DNA of 64,000 nt from a virus (Duplodnaviria; Caudoviricetes). Positions within the stretch are counted from its first letter, which is position 1. Every line of letters starts with the position of its first letter. Below, one piece after another: positions 9,872 to 17,850 of the stretch. The DNA lies in the IMG/VR virus record IMGVR_UViG_3300032219_001391, positions 1 to 64,000 of that record, one strand, 5' to 3'. The position numbers were made by a program, and so were the translations under genes. The notes under the pieces were generated by a model, which saw nothing but the letters and a program-made list of their open reading frames with translations, had not been told where the DNA came from and ran no database searches.

Positions 9872-12800
9872 TTAGATATTTTCAAAAGATGCACCTGTTG
9901 GTGTGATCAAGAACTCAATGTCAATGAATTCAAGTGCTTTAGTTGGTTTGATATAAACTTTACCTACCAATTGGTTTCTATCCAAATCTTCAGGTGAAGA
10001 ACTTACTGTTACACGGAAATCATACAAACCTCTATCTCTTCTGATAGCATCTAAGATCGGATTAACCGCATCTAAGAAGTCCTGTCTAACTTTCTCGTCA
10101 TTTTGTTCAAACAACAATCTAACAGCCACCGCAGAAATCAATTTACGTGCCTGTAATAACAATCTTCTTACGTTAATTCTATCAAGTGCAGATTCTCTAA
10201 TTTGAAGTGTTTTGTTACCCCAAACAACAGTACCTACGTCTGAGAATGTAGCAATTGGGTTAATTCTTCCTTGATAAAGAGTGTCTCTATCTGCTTGGGT
10301 AAGTTTCAATCTCGCCTTAACAGAATTTACAAGACCTCTTGTGTAACCTGCTGATGCAAACCAAGGGAACGCGATATTATCAGTTAATGCCAAGTTTTTA
10401 CAAACCTCACCTGTTGGTGGAATGTAAAGTTGTGTGTTATTAACAGTATCTCTAACTAAAATCCAAGGATAATAAGTTGCGGTATAGTTTGAATCAATAT
10501 TTGTTTCTGTCAAATTATCAACCGCGTTTGTTGGATAAATGTAATCACCACCAGTTGATGAAGGTAAGAACATATTATAGTCAGGTGTTGTTGTGATATA
10601 GATAGAATCCGCTCTTTCTTCTTCAATCATAAAGATAGCATCTTCAACCAAGTTACTATTATTTACATAGTCAATACCAGGTGTTACAAATACGTTAATA
10701 TTTACCGCTTCAGGATTTGAGAATGTTCTAATACCTAACAAATATGCGTAATAATCAGTATTTGCGTAATCAATATCACCATCACCTACAGTAATAGGTC
10801 TAAACATACCCCAACCTGTTGCCGATGGATAACGACTATCACAATCAGGATTAACACCATTTCTGTAACCCGTTTGACCCAAAGCGAATGTGTCACTATT
10901 TGTGCGAGATTCTCTGTAGATATCCCAACCATCAAAACCACCTGCAACTAACAAAGTAAATTTACGTGATTGAATTCTATAATAAGGATCATCTGAATTT
11001 GTTGGTTCCGCTCTGAAACTAGCAGCACCTACCTCAAACGCTGTTTGACCTGATGATAAATATGAATTACCAATCCTAACAGATGTGGCACCACTATCCA
11101 TGTGGAAACCTTTAGTTACGTAATCCCAAGCGATTGCATCTGGTGTACAAATATTAGTTGGTGTGTTATATCCCTGATATTGTAAGAAATCACTATCATA
11201 TCCTAATTGAGTTGAAAATCCAAGGAATGTTGTTCTTAATTTATCACCGGAAGATCTAACCGTGTTATCACCCGTTGCGGTACCAAATGGAGGATTGAAT
11301 ATAATCTCACCAGGGAAGTCATATTTTGTTTTATATACCGGTTGTGATGGTGTATTTGTACTTGTTGAATATGTTTTTTGAACATAACCCTCAAAACCAC
11401 AAGGTAACGCATCTACTGGTGCCTCTTCGTTGATCTCCAACATTACATATTTAGACGTTAGAGCAAATTCACCATCTGAAGTACCAATTTTTTTACCAAC
11501 ATAATTATTCTGTGTTGGGTCCATAGAACAGTTAGTGTATTTTTCAACATATACTGGATTAGTATCTGTGTCAAAATAATCACGAATTGTTACGTCAAAA
11601 GTTCCATTTGTAAATGATATGTTTTGAATAGATACCTTCACTTCTGTGTTTGCAACATCACCATCTGAAATGGTTATAAACTTAAACAATCTGTAAACCA
11701 CAGATCCACGTAATTCTGAAACAAGCCAAGGTGAAGACGGTGTTTGATATTGGTTCAAATAGTTTGATATTTGATTAGTTAAAACACCAACACTACTCTC
11801 TAATTTACTTGTTGTCACCAATGAAGTGTTAATACCTCTAATGTAACCTTTATTGTATGCGTAAGACAAAGAATTAGGGAATGTTTCTTGAACAAATAAT
11901 GGTACTTCAGCTCTTGATTTAGCAAAGTTAGACTTTCCAAATACTTTAGAAATATAATTAGTATCACTTGATATCAATGATGCATCAAATACAAAAGTAT
12001 CACCGTCATAAGTTGCCGCTGAAAGTTGGAAATTAGAGTATGGGTTAACTGTTAATCCTGAACTTGTTGAATTTACCAATTGTACTCCAGATGTAGCACT
12101 AATTTCAAATGTTGTACCGTGATTTGTTGAACTATAAGTAGATATACCTCTAGATCTAAATGTAGCAACTACCATGTTATTATATCCTGAATAAGTATAA
12201 CCTGTGAATTTAGTAGTAGAACCACTTATCGTACCTGTAACTGCTGTTACTACAGAACCGTTTGTTGTGTAGGATGCTGATGTTAATTTATTAAAGAATG
12301 AATAACCCAAATAATTGTTACCTGAACTAATATTAAATAATGAATAGTACCAAGGATCGTTGTTAGAATCTGTATAATCATAAGTTGATGACGCAACAAT
12401 TGAATCCGTACCATATACGTTTGAATAGTATGTTGAACCTGTTGATCCTGTGATTGACGCAGCTCCTGTTGATACCGCACCAAAAACATAAACCGAACTA
12501 CCTGAATTACCTGTAAATGTTGCCGCCGCTAAACCTAAAAAGTCTTTGGCCTGATTACTAATTTCATCAATAATTGTGGATGTTGATCCATCAAATTTAG
12601 TGAATGTAGCACCTGTTGGTATGTAAGATGGGATTGTTGAAGTTCCAAACGTTACCGAAGTTGATGCTGTTGTTGCTGTGAAGGTAACTGTAAAATTATC
12701 TCCTGTTGATCCTGAAACGCCAATAGTTGATGGATTAGGGTTAGCGATTGTAGTTAAAGACCAAGATGGTCCCGCATCGTAACCTTGTAAACCCAATACA

Positions 12801-13084
12801 CGGGTTACAAACAATTGGTTAGATTGTTGTAAATAAGACTTAGCAATGTATGCCGCCTCATATTTTGGAATTTGTGTATTAACAAATTTTTCAGCGGATG
12901 TACCACCGAAATATGTTTCAAATTCACCGAAATCAGTTATGAAAATAGGTTCAAAAGCCGGACCTTTCAAGGTTTCACCAACTATACCTAAAGTTGTAAC
13001 ACCAACACTTTGTGCTACGAAACTCAAATCTCTCTCAGAAGTATATACACCAGGAGAAACAAAAACCTTATTAGATGTTGCCAT
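9872..13084 (-). CDS. Tail sheath protein (T4 gp18-like) with large insertions
   Basis: N-terminal SPGVYTSERDLS and GPAFEP; C-terminal WFASAGYTRG, RDTLYQGRINPIATF, VWGNKTLQ, LDRINVRRLL, IKPTKALEFIDIEF. Confidence 0.95.
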   Translation of the reverse strand: MATSNKVFVSPGVYTSERDLSFVAQSVGVTTLGIVGETLKGPAFEPIFITDFGEFETYFGGTSAEKFVNTQIPKYEAAYIAKSYLQQSNQLFVTRVLGLQGYDAGPSWSLTTIANPNPSTIGVSGSTGDNFTVTFTATTASTSVTFGTSTIPSYIPTGATFTKFDGSTSTIIDEISNQAKDFLGLAAATFTGNSGSSVYVFGAVSTGAASITGSTGSTYYSNVYGTDSIVASSTYDYTDSNNDPWYYSLFNISSGNNYLGYSFFNKLTSASYTTNGSVVTAVTGTISGSTTKFTGYTYSGYNNMVVATFRSRGISTYSSTNHGTTFEISATSGVQLVNSTSSGLTVNPYSNFQLSAATYDGDTFVFDASLISSDTNYISKVFGKSNFAKSRAEVPLFVQETFPNSLSYAYNKGYIRGINTSLVTTSKLESSVGVLTNQISNYLNQYQTPSSPWLVSELRGSVVYRLFKFITISDGDVANTEVKVSIQNISFTNGTFDVTIRDYFDTDTNPVYVEKYTNCSMDPTQNNYVGKKIGTSDGEFALTSKYVMLEINEEAPVDALPCGFEGYVQKTYSTSTNTPSQPVYKTKYDFPGEIIFNPPFGTATGDNTVRSSGDKLRTTFLGFSTQLGYDSDFLQYQGYNTPTNICTPDAIAWDYVTKGFHMDSGATSVRIGNSYLSSGQTAFEVGAASFRAEPTNSDDPYYRIQSRKFTLLVAGGFDGWDIYRESRTNSDTFALGQTGYRNGVNPDCDSRYPSATGWGMFRPITVGDGDIDYANTDYYAYLLGIRTFSNPEAVNINVFVTPGIDYVNNSNLVEDAIFMIEEERADSIYITTTPDYNMFLPSSTGGDYIYPTNAVDNLTETNIDSNYTATYYPWILVRDTVNNTQLYIPPTGEVCKNLALTDNIAFPWFASAGYTRGLVNSVKARLKLTQADRDTLYQGRINPIATFSDVGTVVWGNKTLQIRESALDRINVRRLLLQARKLISAVAVRLLFEQNDEKVRQDFLDAVNPILDAIRRDRGLYDFRVTVSSSPEDLDRNQLVGKVYIKPTKALEFIDIEFLITPTGASFENI

Positions 13085-13116
13085 TTAGTTTTTTTTATAG
13101 AATATTTATTTTTCTT

Positions 13117-13123
13117 ATAAATA
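13117..13123 (-). promoter_or_regulatory. TATTTAT putative late promoter
   Basis: 32 nt upstream of the sheath ATG. Confidence 0.55.
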
Positions 13124-13198
13124 CTTTACAAAAAACCAAAAATTACGTATATAATAAAGTTGATTATCTTTTATGCTCCTAAAATTATCTTTTCCGTA

Positions 13199-13205
13199 TA
13201 TTTAT
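13199..13205 (+). promoter_or_regulatory. TATTTAT putative late promoter
   Basis: 5 nt upstream of the ATG at 13211. Confidence 0.5.
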
Positions 13206-13210
13206 CCGGT

Positions 13211-13369
13211 ATGAACGATTTTAATGCCAAGAATATTAAAATATCAAAAGAGACTCACGAGTTATTGAAATTGTATTGTGATAAAAGAGGTTTGAAGATT
13301 TACAAATTTTTAGACAATCTTATTAAGGAGAAATGTACCGAGAAGAAAGACATTTACGGTGAGAATTAA
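13211..13369 (+). CDS. Small ribbon-helix-helix-like DNA-binding protein
   Basis: ATG at 13211 preferred over the TTG at 13160. KNIKISKETHELLKLYCDKRGLKIYKFLDNLIKE fits a beta-strand plus two helices (RHH) pattern. Confidence 0.55.
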   Translation: MNDFNAKNIKISKETHELLKLYCDKRGLKIYKFLDNLIKEKCTEKKDIYGEN

Positions 13370-14427
13370 ACCAATTTAGATTCAAAAATTAAACTTACAT
13401 TTTGAGTATTGTCTGTCGGTGTGATAACAAACTCGGCACTATCACCAAGATTTAATTCTAATTTACTTGGATTCGTATAAGTAACCGTATCCACCCCAAC
13501 ATTATTATCAACCAAGACTTGGAATGATGAAACGTTTGTAGAACCATTTAAGTTCATATTAACCCTGTATGGTGCGTTGTAAGTGTAGTAACCAATTCCT
13601 GTATTATCCGGAGCTACAGTTATGACTATATCAAACAAATCAGGATTTTCAGGGAACTTTTTCTTTTTAGGTTTCTTTTTGTAATTATCAACCTCAAACA
13701 TTGTAAACGCTCTTGATACCACAGGTTTTACTTCAAACTCTTCCTCATCAATTAAAAATCCTTGTAATGTAAAACTATATTTTTGTAAGTAATATTTTCT
13801 CTTTTCTAAATCTAAAACAGATTCATCACTACTTTCTTTCGTAACAATAGGAATATAATGACCTTTAACAGTAGCATACGCTTGAGCAGATGAGAATGTT
13901 TGCATAACAACCTTATTGAAGGTGTTTAACTCTCTCATTCTATTACACATAATATAAACACTATACTCAATATCTATTGGAACGGGTTGAGGTATTGTAT
14001 ATAAATCCAAACCCTTTCTTGTTCCGTCCCAAGTTGGTACAACTGCATAAAAATATTGTTTTCTATTTGGTATTGTATATAATCCAGGTAACGTTCCTCT
14101 TTTAACAACAGATTCACGAACTACAGAAATAAATGGAACTTGTACGTTTTTATCTAAGTCATTAAAATCCCAAGTTTGTGTGAATTGAGCCCAATTTTGA
14201 GTGGTTAATAATACGTTCAAAACTGGAACTACTTTTCCTTCTGAAGTTATTTTTAACCTATCTTGAACAAAGTCCAAAAACCCCCTATCCAAATCAGCAT
14301 GTAATATTGATTTAGGTAAATAAGTCCCATCCTCATTGATAAAATCAAGTAGTTGTTCTCTTCTTTCTAAAAGTGTTTTTTTAGGTGAGAGTTCTATTGT
14401 CGGTATTACTTTTTTAGGTATTGCCAT
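13366..14427 (-). CDS. Tail terminator / completion protein (gp15-like)
   Basis: DLDRGFLDFV, TIPQPVPIDIEYSV, FTLQGFLIDEEEF; between neck and sheath genes. Confidence 0.65.
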   Translation of the reverse strand: MAIPKKVIPTIELSPKKTLLERREQLLDFINEDGTYLPKSILHADLDRGFLDFVQDRLKITSEGKVVPVLNVLLTTQNWAQFTQTWDFNDLDKNVQVPFISVVRESVVKRGTLPGLYTIPNRKQYFYAVVPTWDGTRKGLDLYTIPQPVPIDIEYSVYIMCNRMRELNTFNKVVMQTFSSAQAYATVKGHYIPIVTKESSDESVLDLEKRKYYLQKYSFTLQGFLIDEEEFEVKPVVSRAFTMFEVDNYKKKPKKKKFPENPDLFDIVITVAPDNTGIGYYTYNAPYRVNMNLNGSTNVSSFQVLVDNNVGVDTVTYTNPSKLELNLGDSAEFVITPTDNTQNVSLIFESKLV

Positions 14428-14942
14428 TATAATCCTCTAAATTCGTTATTATTGACAGGTGCCGCAATATACGTTTTATAAAACGCTTTATATCCCCCGT
14501 ATGAATGTTTAAGATCAGATGTAACACGACCATCATTTACCACACTATAATATCTAACTCTTGTTTCGGTTTCGTAGTAAGCAATATAGTCACCAAAATC
14601 TATAGTTATATTCAATTCATCCAATTCTTTCATATAAACCGAAAATGTCATATTACCCGGTTCCATTTGATCTAATTGTGTTTTACCTAACGTTTTATTA
14701 TCGGGACCAACAATCTTAACATAAGCTTTGAATTCTACAGGTGGTTCAAATTTAATTCCGTCGCTAACCGCTTCACCATAGACATCATCATTATTAGTCT
14801 TTTGACGATCTACTTTATATAAAACCAATGTGAAGTTCATATCACCCTCCAACCATTCACGACCCATTTCAATGTCTAAGTCATAGTCTTCGGCGCCAAA
14901 AAACTTTCCTAATCTTGTTATCGGTACTTTACGCTCTGCCAT
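14427..14942 (-). CDS. Head closure / neck protein (gp14-like)
   Basis: FTLVLYKVDR, DDVYGEA, PPVEF, YMKELDEL, GDYIAY...RYYSVVNDG; position in the morphogenesis module. Confidence 0.65.
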   Translation of the reverse strand: MAERKVPITRLGKFFGAEDYDLDIEMGREWLEGDMNFTLVLYKVDRQKTNNDDVYGEAVSDGIKFEPPVEFKAYVKIVGPDNKTLGKTQLDQMEPGNMTFSVYMKELDELNITIDFGDYIAYYETETRVRYYSVVNDGRVTSDLKHSYGGYKAFYKTYIAAPVNNNEFRGL

Positions 14943-14943
14943 A

Positions 14944-14974
14944 TTGATAAATACTTGATTGTTTATTATATTTA
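14944..14974 (+). promoter_or_regulatory. Possible Bacteroidota-type promoter for the helicase
   Basis: TTG (14944-14946), N20, TATATTTA (14967-14974; one mismatch to TAnnTTTG). Confidence 0.35.
14947..14953 (-). promoter_or_regulatory. TATTTAT putative late promoter
   Basis: 4 nt upstream of the neck (gp14-like) ATG. Confidence 0.55.
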
Positions 14975-14984
14975 CCTTTTAAGT

Positions 14985-17834
14985 ATGAATGAAATAAAAA
15001 TCAATCAACCGCTTGAAATTAGAGCACTTGATGTCCTTGATAATTATTCAGGGGCAAACAACTATATTATTAAATTAAAAATCAAAAAAGATACTAATAA
15101 GAAGTTCTATCCCACAAGGAATCAAGCAGAATATATCTTAGCATATAAAGACACTACACCTAAGATTGCAAGAAAATGGGTTAATCTTGATTTATATTTT
15201 GCTAACAAACTTGCGGATGAAAAATTATTAACGGAAGTTCCAACAAAAATATGGGTTGAGAAGTTATTAGTGGAAAAAGATACATCTTATCACATTTGGG
15301 GTAAATTTAATGAACACGAGGAGTTATATGATTTTTGGGTACCAAAATCAGGAATTATTAAAGACAACTCCATTAAAGTTAGTATTGATTATGAAAAGTA
15401 TTCTCATAGACCCCCATTGTCTCACCAAATAGAAGGTATTGAAAAATTAGTTGGGAATAAGAAATATATTCTAGCAGATGATATGGGATTGGGTAAAACA
15501 ACTCAAACAATCATTGCCGCTTTGGAAACGGGTGTTGATAAGATTTTAATCATTAGTCCTGCATCATTAAAGATTAACTGGCAACGTGAAATTGAAAATT
15601 ATACGGATCGTTCAGTTGCTATCATTGATGGTAAAAAATGGGAATCCGCAGATTTCGTTATTGTAAATTACGACATCTTAAAGAATTTTCACGATCCAAA
15701 AAATAGAGAAAATAGTCAGATATTAAATGAAGGTTTTGGTTTGGTTGTTTTAGATGAATGTTTTACATACGATACTAAAATTATCACTGAATTTGGTGAA
15801 AAAAATATTGGAGATATTGTAGAGAATGGGTTAGATGTTAAAATTTTAACATTTAATCACAAAAATAATATTTTTGAATATAAAAAAATAAATAGATGGA
15901 TTAGAAAAAATAAAGACACTATATACAAAATAAAACTCAACAACGGACTATTTATAGAGTGTACTGATAATCATAAGTTCTATGTAAATAATAAAGGATA
16001 TGTTAGAGCAAAAGACCTTACATCAACCGACGACTTGTATATGTTGTCAAAAACCACTTTCAAAGAAACAAATTTGGAAGAAGGGAAAATGTTGTTCAAA
16101 GAGTTGTTCATCAATAATAAGGAACAAAATGTCACCACAAAAACCAAAGGAATTAAAATTTCACAAAAATTGTCCGGAATGTGGAAATATAATGAGTTTC
16201 ACAACAGAAACAAAAATGAAAAAGAAAACATATTGTTCTGTGACATGTTCGAACAAAGTAAAATCAAACAACGTGGAAGTAAAAGAAAAGAGAAAAAAAA
16301 CAATAGAAAAAAATGGTGGGTGGTCAAAAATAATGATAAATACACATATGAAAAATCCTCATATGGCAAAACTATCTTCTCAAAGGATGAAAAAAAACAA
16401 TCCAATGAAAAATTTGGAGAGTTTAGAAAAAATGAAACAAAAATTAAAAGGGAGAACTTTTTTGTCGAGGGGTGGGAATGGCAAAATAACACCTCAACAA
16501 GAAATGTTATTTCAGATGTTAGGGGAAGGTTGGGTGTTGGAATTACCAATTTTAACAGAAAACGTAAAACCTTTATTCAAAAGTTTACCACCTTCTTACA
16601 AAGTGGATATAGGGAATCCAAATTTGAAAATATCAATAGAAGTAGATGGGAAGTCTCACAAAACAAAAAAATGGAAATACTTGGACAGACGAAAGACAAA
16701 GGTATTGAATTCGTTAGGGTGGAAAGTATTGAGATTTTGGAACGAGGAAGTTATGATAAATCCACAAATGTGTATTCAAAAAATACAAGAGTTTATGATT
16801 TAGAAATTGAGGATAATCATAACTATTTTGCTAACAATATCTTAGTAAGTAATTGTCATTATATTCAAAACACACAAGCACAGAGAACAAAACTAATCAA
16901 TGATTTTGTTAAAAAAATTGATAGATTATGGTTATTGACAGGTACACCAATCACATCAAGACCAATCAATTATTATAACTTATTGAATTTAATTGATTCC
17001 CCCGTTGCTATGAATTGGATGGCGTATGTTATCAGATATTGTGAAGGGTATCAATTCAGTGTTGGTAAAAGAAAAGTATGGAATGTTAGTGGTGCATCAA
17101 ATCTTGAAGAACTTCGTGATAGAACATCTCGTCAAGTATTAAGACGTTTGAAAACCGATGTATTGGATCTACCCGAAAAAATCATAACACCAGTCTATCT
17201 TAAATTAAAATCTTATGAATACGAGAGATTGATGGGCGAATATTATGATTGGTACGATAAATCTGAGGAATCAACATCATTGACCGTTCAATTTACCAAA
17301 CTAATGAAAGTTAGACAGGTAATTTCAGAAGAGAAAGTTAAATCAACTATTGAGTTATGTGAGAATATTATTGAACAAGGTAAGAAGGTTATTGTATTTA
17401 CCAATTTTACCAACTCGTTAAATACTATCTTATCACATTTCGGAAAAAAAGCCGTTGGTCTTGATGGTAGTATGCCACAAGGAATGAGACAAGATAATGT
17501 TGATAAATTCCAAAATGATGAAAGTATTATGGTATTTGTTGGGAATATCAAAGCGGCAGGTGTTGGTATTACCTTAACATCCGCCGAGGTTGTAGTTATG
17601 AACGACTTATCATTTGTTCCATCAGACCATTCACAAGCGGAAGATCGTGCATATAGATACGGACAAAAGAATAACGTTTTGGTGTATTACCCTATTTTTG
17701 ATAATACAATTGAGGGTGTTATATACAATATTCTACAGAAAAAGAAAAACATATTTGAAACCGTTATGGGTGATAATCTAAGTAAGGGTGATATTGTTGA
17801 GGAGATTATGAACCTAATCAACACTAAAAGATAA
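14985..17834 (+). CDS. SNF2/SWI2-family helicase (annealing-helicase-like) precursor containing an intein
   Basis: ATG at 14985 (ORF track starts at TTG 14955). Walker A LADDMGLGKT, Walker B LDE|CH split by the intein, motif III LTGTP, motif V AAGVGITLT, motif VI QAEDRAYRYGQ. Predicted spliced product 584 aa. Confidence 0.93.
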   Translation: MNEIKINQPLEIRALDVLDNYSGANNYIIKLKIKKDTNKKFYPTRNQAEYILAYKDTTPKIARKWVNLDLYFANKLADEKLLTEVPTKIWVEKLLVEKDTSYHIWGKFNEHEELYDFWVPKSGIIKDNSIKVSIDYEKYSHRPPLSHQIEGIEKLVGNKKYILADDMGLGKTTQTIIAALETGVDKILIISPASLKINWQREIENYTDRSVAIIDGKKWESADFVIVNYDILKNFHDPKNRENSQILNEGFGLVVLDECFTYDTKIITEFGEKNIGDIVENGLDVKILTFNHKNNIFEYKKINRWIRKNKDTIYKIKLNNGLFIECTDNHKFYVNNKGYVRAKDLTSTDDLYMLSKTTFKETNLEEGKMLFKELFINNKEQNVTTKTKGIKISQKLSGMWKYNEFHNRNKNEKENILFCDMFEQSKIKQRGSKRKEKKNNRKKWWVVKNNDKYTYEKSSYGKTIFSKDEKKQSNEKFGEFRKNETKIKRENFFVEGWEWQNNTSTRNVISDVRGRLGVGITNFNRKRKTFIQKFTTFLQSGYRESKFENINRSRWEVSQNKKMEILGQTKDKGIEFVRVESIEILERGSYDKSTNVYSKNTRVYDLEIEDNHNYFANNILVSNCHYIQNTQAQRTKLINDFVKKIDRLWLLTGTPITSRPINYYNLLNLIDSPVAMNWMAYVIRYCEGYQFSVGKRKVWNVSGASNLEELRDRTSRQVLRRLKTDVLDLPEKIITPVYLKLKSYEYERLMGEYYDWYDKSEESTSLTVQFTKLMKVRQVISEEKVKSTIELCENIIEQGKKVIVFTNFTNSLNTILSHFGKKAVGLDGSMPQGMRQDNVDKFQNDESIMVFVGNIKAAGVGITLTSAEVVVMNDLSFVPSDHSQAEDRAYRYGQKNNVLVYYPIFDNTIEGVIYNILQKKKNIFETVMGDNLSKGDIVEEIMNLINTKR
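15949..15955 (+). promoter_or_regulatory. TATTTAT putative late promoter inside the intein coding sequence
   Basis: 44 nt upstream of the nested endonuclease ATG at 16000. Confidence 0.4.
16000..16803 (+). CDS. Nested +1-frame endonuclease: Cys-rich Zn-binding repeats, NUMOD-like linker and DUF559/Vsr-like PD-(D/E)XK domain
   Basis: CICC...CCSKSC and CPEC...YCSVTC; KNNPMKNLESLEKMK; YKVDIGNPNLKISIEVDGKSH...DRRKTKVLNSLGWKVLRFWNEEV. Lies entirely inside the intein, in a different frame. Confidence 0.88.
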   Translation: MLEQKTLHQPTTCICCQKPLSKKQIWKKGKCCSKSCSSIIRNKMSPQKPKELKFHKNCPECGNIMSFTTETKMKKKTYCSVTCSNKVKSNNVEVKEKRKKTIEKNGGWSKIMINTHMKNPHMAKLSSQRMKKNNPMKNLESLEKMKQKLKGRTFLSRGGNGKITPQQEMLFQMLGEGWVLELPILTENVKPLFKSLPPSYKVDIGNPNLKISIEVDGKSHKTKKWKYLDRRKTKVLNSLGWKVLRFWNEEVMINPQMCIQKIQEFMI

Positions 17835-17839
17835 TGATA

Positions 17840-17846
17840 TATTTAT
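17840..17846 (+). promoter_or_regulatory. TATTTAT putative late promoter
   Basis: 4 nt upstream of the SOD ATG. Confidence 0.55.
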
Positions 17847-17850
17847 CATT

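Larger units (their letters stand above)
15759..16853 (+). mobile_element. Intein (365 aa, class 1) in the helicase Walker B motif
   Basis: Starts CFTYDTKI (Cys1, TGT 15759); block B ECTDNHKFY; block F/G VYDLEIEDNHNYFANNILVSN ending at Asn 16851-16853; +1 residue Cys. Removal restores LDECHYI. Confidence 0.95.

Noticed and set aside
7466-13123. Plus-strand TATAAATA copies as canonical T4 late promoters
   Set aside because: At 7466, 8949 and 13116 they point away from the adjacent gene starts; the sense-strand TATTTAT reading fits genes on both strands.
15995-16025. Hairpin sequestering the nested ATG, as in T4 intron endonucleases
   Set aside because: Best pairing (ATGTTAG/CTTACAT) is only 6 of 7 and mostly A-U; too weak to call.
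16199-16549. Third (minus-strand) 116-aa ORF inside the intein
   Set aside because: F/L/S-rich mirror of an A-rich stretch with no motifs; stop avoidance is explained by composition.
16000-16803. Reading the nested endonuclease as a sequencing frameshift artefact
   Set aside because: The intein frame is continuous from Cys1 to Asn with no stop, so no indel is needed. Two compensating errors would not leave both frames open for 268 codons. Read mapping is still the decisive check.
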